Shown here: piece by piece, positions 29,120 to 38,722 of the stretch | How the letters are laid out: every line of letters starts with the position of its first letter | Position numbering within the stretch: position 1 is the stretch's first letter | Assembly (NCBI GenBank): GCA_046582655.1 | Contig: JAYGDX010000082.1 | Span: 27,586 to 91,585 of the forward strand | From: Candidatus Poribacteria bacterium | GTDB lineage: Bacteria > Poribacteria > WGA-4E > UBA9662 | Length of the DNA: 64,000 bases | Reading direction: 5' to 3' | Notes under the pieces: model-generated | Seen by the model: only the letters and a program-made list of their open reading frames with translations | Told to the model about the DNA's origin: nothing | The model's database searches: none | Program-made: the position numbers and the translations under genes

Positions 29120-29700
29120 AGCTATATAAGCTTTGATATCAATATGGATCCTAATATCTCCGGATGGCTTTATTCCAGCTAAATTGAAAAATTATGATTC
29201 GCCCAATTTCGACATTCATGTGGCACCCTGCATAGCTATATTTTGCGGATGTTGACGACGCAACACATAAAATGTTGGCGATGAGATCAGTTCGCTTCTT
29301 CAGGTCGATTATGATTGGGTATTATCAGTCCGATTAAATCAAAAACCTTCATCTGCTCGCACAAACTAGATGATACTGACATTCGATACCTACGCTGAGA
29401 TTAACGAACGTCTACCGAAGATCAAAATTACTATAAGTTCTATCCAATCATTAAACGATTATGCCCATACCAAGTCTAAGTGGCAGTTCAAAGACTCGTT
29501 CGAACGCGAAACGCGTTTCAAATAAATGACACACGAATTGTAACAGATGACACGTTCCCACGAGATTCATATTTCCAGATTCAGTTTTGGGGTTGGCAAA
29601 AGCTCAATAGACAAATTCACTATACCTTATTAAATCATAACTCTAATAATAGCAAAACACTAAACCTGAAACACAGAATTTATGTGAAGCTCAAATACAA

Positions 29701-30840
29701 ATGAAAGCAAGAAATGGCAGAGCCTCAAGACATAAACCATTTATATTTTTACTTTTTTTGATCAATATAAATACCATAGCCCAAAAAGAAAACACCATCG
29801 ACTATGTTGTTGCCGTAGTCAATGATGAAGCGATCACGCAGAGCGCGCTTGAAAATGAACCATTGCTTAATCACCTGCTTTGGAAATCTGATTTGCAGGT
29901 CCAAGAAGTCAGACTGAATAGTGTAATTGTACTGTCTGGTGGTGAAGATTATGGGCTTGTTTCCAATAGTATTGTGGAAGTATTAGACCAGGAGACTCGA
30001 CAGAAAATCGCACATGCACGGATTAAACAGGTTGATCCAAGGAGAGCTACGGCCGTGATATCTGATTCACCAACTCAAACTGTCAAAATTGGCCATTTCG
30101 TGCGAAGACCTTTAATGGATGTAATGAAGGAATTAGTTCTAATCGATCGAAAATTGGTAACGCCAATCATAGACGTCGCACCAAACAATATTATTGTACT
30201 TTCTGGTGGAATGAATTACGGTTTTGCACCAAGAGACATTGTGGACGTGCTAGATCAAGAAACTCGGCAGAAAATTGCACATGCACGGATTAAACAGGTT
30301 GATCCAAGGAGAGCTACGGCCGTGATATCTGATTCACCAACTCAAACTGTTAAAATTGGCCATTTCGTGCAAAGACCTTTAGTAGAAATCATTTTGCTGG
30401 ATGTGCGAACTGTACTGAACGAATTAATAGATCGAAAATTGATGATGCAGGAGGCCGATAGATTAGGTATACCATTGGCTCGTTGGAAAGGGAAAATTGA
30501 TGAGGAGTTAAAGGCCACCTTAAATAATGAGATATTATTGAAAGAAATAAACCAGAAATTCGGTTTGGAGGTGGAAGAAATAAGGGAATGGTTACGAACT
30601 AAATTGATTCTGAATGAGTTTCGGGATCGACGCTTCGGAAGAACCGACAATCTTAAACAGCAAGCAGCAGAATATTATAGCCAGCACCCCAATGAATTTT
30701 ATGATCAAAAACTGTCACGTAAAAGAAGTTTTGAAGAAGTTCTTCAGGAAATCCAAAATCGGTTGAGAAATCAAATCAACATTGATTTAGAAGAATGGCT
30801 GAAACAGCAGAGAAGTTCGAGTTATATCCTGAAACTATAG
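29701..30840 (+). CDS. SurA N-terminal-domain protein with two inserted repeat domains
   Basis: IDYVVAVVNDEAITQS, VLNELIDRKLMMQEADRLG and C-terminal EEWLKQQRSSSYI. No parvulin domain visible. Confidence 0.75.
   Translation: MKARNGRASRHKPFIFLLFLININTIAQKENTIDYVVAVVNDEAITQSALENEPLLNHLLWKSDLQVQEVRLNSVIVLSGGEDYGLVSNSIVEVLDQETRQKIAHARIKQVDPRRATAVISDSPTQTVKIGHFVRRPLMDVMKELVLIDRKLVTPIIDVAPNNIIVLSGGMNYGFAPRDIVDVLDQETRQKIAHARIKQVDPRRATAVISDSPTQTVKIGHFVQRPLVEIILLDVRTVLNELIDRKLMMQEADRLGIPLARWKGKIDEELKATLNNEILLKEINQKFGLEVEEIREWLRTKLILNEFRDRRFGRTDNLKQQAAEYYSQHPNEFYDQKLSRKRSFEEVLQEIQNRLRNQINIDLEEWLKQQRSSSYILKL
29920..30381 (+). repeat. Intragenic direct repeat with a 267-nt period
   Basis: VLDQETRQKIAHARIKQVDPRRATAVISDSPTQTVKIGHFV occurs twice. 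An identical ~74-nt core starts at 30010 and 30277. Confidence 0.95.
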
Positions 30841-30845
30841 CCCTT

Positions 30846-32408
30846 TTATCGTCGCCGCCACCATACAATTACACCAGTCAGAAAAACGAAGGTTGGGATA
30901 AGAAAAATTGACATCAACTGAACGAATATAACTTCGTTTGCTGTCATTTTCCGGAGCGAATGAGAACGTGGATCAATCGGACTAATTGAAATCAGATCTT
31001 CTTCTAGCGTAAGCCAATTTACGCTATTCAGGAAAAAATCCCCTCCGCCAGTACTACTTAAAAACAAATTGGATGTGAAATCAGAATCACCAATAACAAC
31101 AATACGTACTCCATCCTCTTCTTCAACTGCGACGGCCATCAAGAGTGGAGGAGAAGTATCTTCTCCCACATTGTATTTTGCTAACTGCCAATTTTTCTGT
31201 TTTGTTTCTCCCCAACTACCTTCCACAGAAATCTGATCTGAGATTTTTGTTAGCGCACTAATTTTAACATTCTTGATGGCATTTTTTGGTTGTAGTGTTA
31301 ACGACCTGACATCCTGAAAAATAATAGGAAGTTCTTGAAAACGCATGATCGGATGAAACTCAAAATCCATTACAACGGGAGCCGAGGGCCCACCGAGCAC
31401 ATAGAAGAAACGTGGATCAAGAACCAACACGTAATCATTGTTGATCTGTACTCCCCAGCTCGCAATTAGATCAATAAGCGGTTGGTTCGGATTGGTTTCT
31501 GCTTCAATCATCGGATCAAGCATTAATAGTAATTTCCCACCGTGATTAAGATACCTTCTAACCGCATTCACCTCATGACCGATAAACGCTGATTTTGGAG
31601 CAGCAATAACCAACGCAGTGCAATCTTTGGGCACCTTTTTTTGAGTCGAAAGGGACAGGTTCTCAACAAGGTAGCCTTGGTTCTCTAACGCATCGCCAAC
31701 TCGATGATATCCCTTCATTGGATCGAAATCGTCTGTCGACTTTTCGCCATGCCCTATCAGAAAGTAGACCTTCTTCTCTTCTGCACGAGTAACCTTTAGA
31801 ATCGCACTGGTAAATTTCTGCTCGTCGATAACCGTCACTCGTTCCTTTTTACCATTGGCTTCAAAGACAGTGGTTCCATGCGCTCTAATTCCATACTCTT
31901 CTACTTTCTTTACTTGAACATAGGAATCCACAAACTCAATTTTGACTTTAGAGGATTGGCGGTGGTACATTGCCAGTAAGTCTTTTGCCTGATCATATTG
32001 ACGTTTTTCTGTTTCGCTCTGGGGGTTACTACTGAAAAACGCAGAGACCTTAACTTCTTGATCTAGTTTTTGTAAAATACCGAGGGTTTGGCCTGAGAGG
32101 GTGTACCACTTATCAGTTGTTAGATCAACAGCTTTATCGAATTTCGTGACAACCAACAGATTGATAATCACAGCAATACCACAAAGAGCTAGGACACTAG
32201 CCGCAACGTTGGCGCTATATTTTGCCTGACGGCTAGAGAGAATCCCGACAATACTCTGAAAACCGAAGACAAGAAACATCCCCAATGACACACAACCAAA
32301 CAGGAGGAAAAAAGCAAGTATAATTTTTGATCGAAGCAGATAACTTGCAAATGCGCCACACAGTAGGATTAATGCAATAAAGCCAAAAAGCATGCCATTT
32401 TTTTGCAT
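30846..32408 (-). CDS. GldG-family ABC transporter auxiliary component
   Basis: DLTTDKWYTLS, VYFLIGHGE, GGKLLLMLDP, RIVVIGDSDF and NSVNWL motifs; C-terminal TM plus WWRRR. Confidence 0.88.
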   Translation of the reverse strand: MQKNGMLFGFIALILLCGAFASYLLRSKIILAFFLLFGCVSLGMFLVFGFQSIVGILSSRQAKYSANVAASVLALCGIAVIINLLVVTKFDKAVDLTTDKWYTLSGQTLGILQKLDQEVKVSAFFSSNPQSETEKRQYDQAKDLLAMYHRQSSKVKIEFVDSYVQVKKVEEYGIRAHGTTVFEANGKKERVTVIDEQKFTSAILKVTRAEEKKVYFLIGHGEKSTDDFDPMKGYHRVGDALENQGYLVENLSLSTQKKVPKDCTALVIAAPKSAFIGHEVNAVRRYLNHGGKLLLMLDPMIEAETNPNQPLIDLIASWGVQINNDYVLVLDPRFFYVLGGPSAPVVMDFEFHPIMRFQELPIIFQDVRSLTLQPKNAIKNVKISALTKISDQISVEGSWGETKQKNWQLAKYNVGEDTSPPLLMAVAVEEEDGVRIVVIGDSDFTSNLFLSSTGGGDFFLNSVNWLTLEEDLISISPIDPRSHSLRKMTANEVIFVQLMSIFLIPTFVFLTGVIVWWRRR

Positions 32409-32413
32409 TCAAG

Positions 32414-33142
32414 CTATTTCCATTTTGCTGATTCAACCGATTTGATGGTAAAAAAAACACAAATAAAAGTAAAACTCAAATAGTAGACGACATCCTTAAC
32501 AACTATCACACCACGGGTGAAATCATTAAGATGTTCAATCAAAGAAAGATACTTGAAGAATCTACTTAATGACCCAGCACGATCTGCAAAAGAGCCAATA
32601 ATCCAGAATACCAGTAGAATGCCGAAACTAGTCAATGCAGATACAATTTGATTACGAGTCATAGATGAAATCATCAAACCAAAGGATAGGAAAGTTGCTC
32701 CAAGTAAAACCATACCAGTATAGGCACTGATAATCTGGCCAATGTCCACTTTACCAAACGGAAGAATTAGGAAAGGATAAACAAGCGTTGTAGCCAGCAT
32801 AGTAAGATACAACACAAAACTCGCACAGAATTTACCCAGTACAATTTCAATATCTTTAACAGGTGATGTTCTTAGTAACTCGATTGTCCCAGATCGCTTC
32901 TCCTCTGCGAAAAGTCGCATTGTTACGGCAGGGGCGAAGAAAAGCAAAATTACACTGACATAATTTCGGAACAGTACCTGTATTACGGCAGTACTAAGTT
33001 CCTGACGTACGATGGCACGTTGTAGTATGGCATAAAAGAAGAAACCGGAAAGTCCACCGAAGATTACTAACACAAAATACGCAATTGGAGACACGAAATA
33101 AGTATAAATTTCTTTTGTCGCAATTGTGAGAACATTCTTCAT
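32414..33142 (-). CDS. GldF-like ABC-2 permease
   Basis: YFVSPIAY, TMRLFAEEKRSGTIELL and IVLGKF motifs. ATGA overlap with the upstream gene. Confidence 0.9.
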   Translation of the reverse strand: MKNVLTIATKEIYTYFVSPIAYFVLVIFGGLSGFFFYAILQRAIVRQELSTAVIQVLFRNYVSVILLFFAPAVTMRLFAEEKRSGTIELLRTSPVKDIEIVLGKFCASFVLYLTMLATTLVYPFLILPFGKVDIGQIISAYTGMVLLGATFLSFGLMISSMTRNQIVSALTSFGILLVFWIIGSFADRAGSLSRFFKYLSLIEHLNDFTRGVIVVKDVVYYLSFTFICVFFTIKSVESAKWK

Positions 33143-33873
33143 GAGGCTGATTGCCAACGAACTTTACCAACAAAAAAAGGACCCAGCGATTCAATATATT
33201 TACCTGTCTGCTGGGTTTTCCGCATATCCTGAACGAGGCGTGATAAAGCATACAGTTCCGGTCCGACTAGTCCAATGACGAATTCGTTATCCAACCGATC
33301 CAACCCAAAGCACGCGAGTCGGACATCAGCTGCATACCCCATCTCTGCGTAAGTGCGACCCAACATGCCGTGTTCTCCCAGAATACGCCCTTGCTCAGCT
33401 CCGGACAGCAAATAGAATTCCGGTTTTCTGCGAAGCGGGTACCAAATTGCCCACGGCATTTCCGGGTTCATCACATTCCGGAGTGGTTTCTCAAATAGCG
33501 CTTCGTTTAAATTCTGTTCACGTCCTGAAGCGTAGGTACGACCAATCATTGTCATCTCAGAACAGTGATCAAGATTTGAAAACCCGGAATTCATCAAAAG
33601 CACACGCGTTTGAGTCAAAATATCAGTTGGCTCTTCAGCAATCAGCAATAAGCCGATCCCAGTAGGATCATTTAGATCATCGTATAAAACAGACCCTACT
33701 CCATTAGTCTCTAAAACTTCAATTAATGCCGCCGGGTTCTTACAGCCAGAAAACACCTGAAGTTGCAAAAACAGGCGACGGTCACTTACCTGGGATTCTC
33801 CATTAACTGGGGCCCCAAACTCACGAAGATCTAATTTTTCTTGACGGTTTTCCATAATTATAGCATTAGCCAT
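33139..33873 (-). CDS. hemQ: Chlorite dismutase-family protein, likely coproheme decarboxylase (HemQ/ChdC)
   Basis: WYPLRRKPEFYLL, EHGMLGRTY, FGLD..EFVIGL and GPFFVG motifs; lies within a heme-modification cluster. Confidence 0.7.
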   Translation of the reverse strand: MANAIIMENRQEKLDLREFGAPVNGESQVSDRRLFLQLQVFSGCKNPAALIEVLETNGVGSVLYDDLNDPTGIGLLLIAEEPTDILTQTRVLLMNSGFSNLDHCSEMTMIGRTYASGREQNLNEALFEKPLRNVMNPEMPWAIWYPLRRKPEFYLLSGAEQGRILGEHGMLGRTYAEMGYAADVRLACFGLDRLDNEFVIGLVGPELYALSRLVQDMRKTQQTGKYIESLGPFFVGKVRWQSAS

Positions 33874-34414
33874 TCAGTATATTTGTAGGTAGATGATTTA
33901 GCATCAAATAGACAATGACGCCGGTGACTGAAACATACAACCAAAGAGGAAAGGTAAGGGATGCTATTTTTCTGTGCAATGTATACTTCGATGAAAAGGC
34001 AAAGGCGAACGTGACCAAAACCATTGGGAGTACAACAGCTGATAGACCAATATGCGAGATTAAAACAAAGAAGTATATTGGTCTCATCAGGCCTGTACCA
34101 GAAAAGGGGGTATCCCCATGAAAATGATGATAAACAACGTACGATATTAAGAAAAGCATTGAGAATGCAAACGCACCGCACATCAACTTTTGGTGGGATT
34201 CTCTTCTTCTATTTTTGATTAAAACAATTCCGATAATAACGCAAACGGCACTCAGAAAATTTAGAATAGCGTTGACCAAAGACAGATGTTCAGTGAAAGG
34301 TAGCTGTGATCCATAACCATTTCCCTCTTTAAAATATATCAACCAAACTAAAAATATGATAGCAAGAACACTGATTGCAATCATAGAGACCACAGTAAAA
34401 AGTGTATTTTTCAT
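33866..34414 (-). CDS. DUF420 (CtaM/YozB-like) membrane protein
   Basis: NAILNFLS, HQKLM, FLISYVVYH, LISHI and HRKIA..TFPLWLYVSVTGV motifs. Confidence 0.88.
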   Translation of the reverse strand: MKNTLFTVVSMIAISVLAIIFLVWLIYFKEGNGYGSQLPFTEHLSLVNAILNFLSAVCVIIGIVLIKNRRRESHQKLMCGAFAFSMLFLISYVVYHHFHGDTPFSGTGLMRPIYFFVLISHIGLSAVVLPMVLVTFAFAFSSKYTLHRKIASLTFPLWLYVSVTGVIVYLMLNHLPTNILNG

Positions 34415-34511
34415 TCTTATTTAACACTCGTATTTAGCATACATTATCAATGGCAGTATTCATAATAGGAACTAGCAGAATTAAGACAGTTGTCATACAA
34501 AACAAAAAAAC

Positions 34512-35375
34512 TTATGCTTTGTCAATTATCATCACTAGAAAAACTATAGGTAAGTATAGTAAAGAAACATGCATTAGCCGTTTAGCCGCCAGCGTTGTTC
34601 GAGATAGCGCGAATATAATGCTAAAAGCAAGTAAAACAAATCCACACACCAACGCAAAAGCAAAGTAAACCCAGCCTGCGAGCCCAATGAACTTTGGGAA
34701 TGAAGCAACTAACAACAACAAGATGGAGTGAAACACGATGTGAAACGCGGTACTTTTACCATTTGGGTGTGCCACAGGCAGAAGTCGAACACCAGCCTTG
34801 GCGTATTCATGGCGATACATCCAAGCAAGAGCAAGTGAGTGCGGCAGTTGCCATAAAAACAGGATGCCGAATAATACCCAAGATTCACGGTTGAGCTGGC
34901 CAGTTACGGCAACCCATCCAGCGACAGGCGGTAGAGCCCCAGATATGGAGCCAAAAAATGTACTGATTGGGTCTCTTCTCTTGAGTGGGGTATATACAAA
35001 AAGGTAGGTGACAATAACCACGAAAATTACTGCACTTGCCAGTAAGTTAACTGTCAGGATGAGATACAGCTGGCCAATAGCTGTGATGGTAATTCCGAAA
35101 AGCAAAGCTTCAGTTGGACTGACTCGGCGACCCGGTAATGGTCGTGATTGTGTTCGTCCCATTATTCCATCAATATCTCGCTCCATATATTGATTTAATG
35201 CAAGTGACCCACCTGCTGCCAATGCTGTCCCCAATAACAAATGGATCAGAGAAATCCAGTTAATGGTTTTCTCCTGCGAAGCGAGGTAGAATCCTGCACC
35301 GACAGTGACTAAAACCATCAGAACAAGCCGTGGTTTGGTAAGTGCAAACAGGTTTTTTGCTTGACGCATAGGCAC
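34512..35375 (-). CDS. ctaB: Heme o synthase (protoheme IX farnesyltransferase)
   Basis: LTKPR, NQYMERDID..MGRT..RPLP, YTPLKR, GALPP and WQLPH motifs. Confidence 0.95.
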   Translation of the reverse strand: MPMRQAKNLFALTKPRLVLMVLVTVGAGFYLASQEKTINWISLIHLLLGTALAAGGSLALNQYMERDIDGIMGRTQSRPLPGRRVSPTEALLFGITITAIGQLYLILTVNLLASAVIFVVIVTYLFVYTPLKRRDPISTFFGSISGALPPVAGWVAVTGQLNRESWVLFGILFLWQLPHSLALAWMYRHEYAKAGVRLLPVAHPNGKSTAFHIVFHSILLLLVASFPKFIGLAGWVYFAFALVCGFVLLAFSIIFALSRTTLAAKRLMHVSLLYLPIVFLVMIIDKA

Positions 35376-35401
35376 GATTTCGACGGGGTTACTTTATTAT
35401 A

Positions 35402-36619
35402 TCATACAGGAACTCCGCCTGTCGGGCTAGAAGCATATCCTTTGAATCCAGACGAATATAAGAAGATACGGAGAGTCAGTATAACCGACGTAACAAGCAT
35501 AAACGCACCAACAACTAGATGCCCCGTAGTAATGGCAATTCGGGTTAAATATGTCAAGCTATCACCAAGTTGAAATTCACTTAACCACGCACCAATTCCC
35601 AGAACAACTTGAAGAATGAGAAATACTCCGAGAAATAAGGAGGGAACCGTAAATTTGGCAAAGTTCCTGTGGTGAATAAAAACACGACTTATAATCCATA
35701 GCACACAGTTTGCCACCAAGATAGCAAAGAAAACATGAGTCTGAAGTTGGGAAGCGGTGTGACGTAAGATAGCCCCCCATATCAATTGGCAATATACTCC
35801 CCCTGTGGTGAAGATACTAAGGCGACGAAGTAAAACTGCTCCTTCGACTTGATGATGTCCTTCAGTCCACTCTCGAGAGGTGAACAGAATTAACCCGCAA
35901 CATAAAGCCAAGAATGCTTGTGCCAGACACGCATGGATAACAGCAAAGATAACACTTATTTCGGTCACCCGCAATCCACCAAGAACACCCTGAGTAATAA
36001 CACCAAACAACGCAATCCCACCCAGCCACTTCATCCATCTTCGTTGATCAAACTTCCAAATGCTAATTGCCAGCAAAATCGTGAGTAAGCCAACAATAGA
36101 TCCCATCAAGCGGTGACTATGCTCAGCAAATACACCTCGCACATAAACCTCTAACTCACTTGCTGTTTTCCTAACAGTAAAAATTCTATGATTTTTACCA
36201 TCATTGAGACGCCATAGTTTTCCTAATTCAATTACTTCGATTTCACTAATAGGACTGAGGGAAATATGATCATCTTTTGTCTCAATTGCATCTCGCAACC
36301 TGGGAGAAAGATTGGAGTTGTCCAAATCTACCTGTAACCCTGCATCGATTGAAAGGATATATCCACTAATTGTCTTTGAGAGTGGATACGAAAACATATT
36401 ATAACCAAAGGTAGTTGGCCAATCTGGAACCGCCATGCCAGAATCTGTACTAGTAACAATGCCTCCAATCGATACCAACATAAACGTTGCAATAAAAGTT
36501 AGAATAGAAAGAAAATGCAAGAGCTTATGATATTTCCGAACAATACCAATCCTCAAAAAGTACACTCCAAAGCATAATTCCCGCGAGCAATTATAGCACC
36601 CAAACCTATGACGGAACAA
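35402..36619 (-). CDS. ctaA: Heme A synthase (COX15/CtaA) with an inserted domain; true start probably downstream of 36619
   Basis: GGIVTSTDSGMAVPDWP, EHSHR, QGVLGGLRV, HACLAQ and GAILRH motifs. Confidence 0.88.
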   Translation of the reverse strand: MFRHRFGCYNCSRELCFGVYFLRIGIVRKYHKLLHFLSILTFIATFMLVSIGGIVTSTDSGMAVPDWPTTFGYNMFSYPLSKTISGYILSIDAGLQVDLDNSNLSPRLRDAIETKDDHISLSPISEIEVIELGKLWRLNDGKNHRIFTVRKTASELEVYVRGVFAEHSHRLMGSIVGLLTILLAISIWKFDQRRWMKWLGGIALFGVITQGVLGGLRVTEISVIFAVIHACLAQAFLALCCGLILFTSREWTEGHHQVEGAVLLRRLSIFTTGGVYCQLIWGAILRHTASQLQTHVFFAILVANCVLWIISRVFIHHRNFAKFTVPSLFLGVFLILQVVLGIGAWLSEFQLGDSLTYLTRIAITTGHLVVGAFMLVTSVILTLRIFLYSSGFKGYASSPTGGVPV

Positions 36620-36791
36620 GAAATTATAACCTCAACCTCGGATGATTCTACCAATCTTTCAACACGTTTTGGAGAATGCACACCCCTTGAGAGAAAAGGT
36701 CATATTTTGCTTGACTGTTTCATACCACTTCAATTCAGACAGAGTGATCTTAATATTGGCAGATTGATTTGTCATCAATCTATATCTGAGA

Positions 36792-36820
36792 TTGATCCAA
36801 AGTGATGATTATGCTATACT
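36792..36820 (+). promoter_or_regulatory. Putative sigma70 promoter of the Rid-family gene
   Basis: TTGATC-17 nt-TATACT with an extended -10 (TGc). Confidence 0.5.
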
Positions 36821-36868
36821 GGGAATATAAATTTATTAGGTAATGAAGTTTGTATAGAGGTCCTCTCA

Positions 36869-37330
36869 ATGAAAATAGAAAACCGACTGGAAGAAATCGG
36901 AATTGAATTACCGCCACCAGTAAAACCTGTGGCGAACTATGTTACCACAGTGCAAACAGGCAACCTCGTCTTCACCTCTGGTCATGGACCTGTGAACATG
37001 AGTGGCGAGCTTGAAAAAGGACAACTGGGCACTGACATGACCATAGAAGAAGGATACCAATCAGCACGCTTGGTTGGATTGGGACTCATTAGCACATTGA
37101 AGGACACACTTGGTGACCTTGACCGAATTAAACGAGTTATCAAAGTCGTCGGATTTGTGAATTCCACACCTGATTTTTTAGATCATCCAAAAGTTGTTAA
37201 TGGGGTATCAGACCTGTTTGTCGAGGTTTTTGGTGACAAAGGAAAACACGCTCGATCAGCTGTCGGAATGGTTCAACTTCCCGGCGGTATTCCGGTTGAA
37301 GTTGAAGTAATTGTTGAAATCGAAGACTAG
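36869..37330 (+). CDS. RidA/YjgF family protein
   Basis: PVANYV, LVFTSGH, VNGVSDLF.EVFG..GKHARSAVG and PVEVE motifs. Confidence 0.92.
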   Translation: MKIENRLEEIGIELPPPVKPVANYVTTVQTGNLVFTSGHGPVNMSGELEKGQLGTDMTIEEGYQSARLVGLGLISTLKDTLGDLDRIKRVIKVVGFVNSTPDFLDHPKVVNGVSDLFVEVFGDKGKHARSAVGMVQLPGGIPVEVEVIVEIED

Positions 37331-37331
37331 A

Positions 37332-38684
37332 TCAAGATCCGATTAGTTTAATAATTTCCGCCCGCTTTTCGATCATAATTTGATGTGACCTGGCTTCGAG
37401 ATTCAATCGTATGAGTGGTTCCGTATTCGATTTGCGTAAATTGAAATGCCAGTCATCAAATTCAACAGACAAACCATCTAGATCATTCACAGTTGCTGAT
37501 TGATGGTACATCCGACGAATGGATTCGATTTTCCCATCTGGGTCTCCATTTTTAATTTGGGTATTGACTTCCTCAGACAAAAAATATTTCTCTTCATATG
37601 GTTGAAGGAGAGTTGAGAGTTTTTTTTGTTTCTCGGACAAAATCTCCGTTAAAATCAAAGCCGGAATAATACCGGAATCAGCATAAAAGAAATCACGAAA
37701 ATAGTAGTGACCACTCCCTTCGCCGCCGAAGATTGCATCCCGATTCATCATTGTAGGCTTGATAAACGAGTGCCCAACGCGTTCAATAATTGGAATGCCC
37801 TTGTTCGCTTCAACCGTATCTCGAATCGCCCAAGATCCACGAATATCGTAGACGATCTTCGACTCCGGATGTTTCAGGAGTAGATATTCAGCAATTAATG
37901 CAATGATAAAATCTGAGGGCACAAATTGACCACGATCATCAACGACAAAAAAGCGATCTCCATCACCGTCAAAAGCAAAGCCAACATCCGCATTTTGATC
38001 GACAACGTATCGCTGAAGGTCGGCATGGTTCTGAGGTTGTTTGGGATCAAGGCCCTGACCTACAGGTAATCGGCCATCGGCTTTGAGATTAAAACCAGAC
38101 AGGTTAACTGGTAATGGATTAAAGACTTTTTGCAAAATCGGGCCGACCATTCCACTTCTTGGATCAACGGCAATCTGGATGGGCGTAATAGAATCGACAT
38201 CAATAATACTTAAAACAAATTCAACAAATTCATCTATCAAATTGCAGGCTTGGACAGTAGCAGCTCTATCAGTATCATGGAAGCTGTCGGTTTCAATGAT
38301 TTGGTGAATTTGTTGCAGGCCAGTATCACCGCCAATAACGCACGGCATCTCCTTCACCATCTTAAATCCACCATATTCAGCCGGGTTGTGGGAGGCCGTA
38401 ATCATAATACCCGGCAGATTCTGTGTAGCACACGCATAATAAAATTGATCTGTACTAACCAGCCCAATATCAGTGACATTTGCACCTGATATAATAATTC
38501 CATGCGTAACTGCATTAAATAATAGGGGGCTTGATTGGCGCATATCGCGCCCAACAACCACTGTAACTGCACCAGTAAATACGATAAATGCACGACCAAT
38601 GGACTCAGCAATTTTTTCATTAATCTGACTGGGATAAATACCACGTATATCGTACGCTTTAAAGATATCGGAATCTATTTGCAT
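37332..38684 (-). CDS. Phosphomannomutase/phosphoglucomutase
   Basis: FKAYDIRG, MITASHNP, FDGDGDR, GEGSGH and RKSNTEP motifs. ATG 38684 preferred. Confidence 0.93.
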   Translation of the reverse strand: MQIDSDIFKAYDIRGIYPSQINEKIAESIGRAFIVFTGAVTVVVGRDMRQSSPLLFNAVTHGIIISGANVTDIGLVSTDQFYYACATQNLPGIMITASHNPAEYGGFKMVKEMPCVIGGDTGLQQIHQIIETDSFHDTDRAATVQACNLIDEFVEFVLSIIDVDSITPIQIAVDPRSGMVGPILQKVFNPLPVNLSGFNLKADGRLPVGQGLDPKQPQNHADLQRYVVDQNADVGFAFDGDGDRFFVVDDRGQFVPSDFIIALIAEYLLLKHPESKIVYDIRGSWAIRDTVEANKGIPIIERVGHSFIKPTMMNRDAIFGGEGSGHYYFRDFFYADSGIIPALILTEILSEKQKKLSTLLQPYEEKYFLSEEVNTQIKNGDPDGKIESIRRMYHQSATVNDLDGLSVEFDDWHFNLRKSNTEPLIRLNLEARSHQIMIEKRAEIIKLIGS

Positions 38685-38722
38685 ATTCGTTATCGTCAAA
38701 ATATAGAAATTTAGGAGAAATC

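Noticed and set aside
29116..29700. Possible gene starting at the ATGA overlap after the LLM oxidoreductase
   Set aside because: The frame closes after a few codons, and no family is recognisable in any frame I read.
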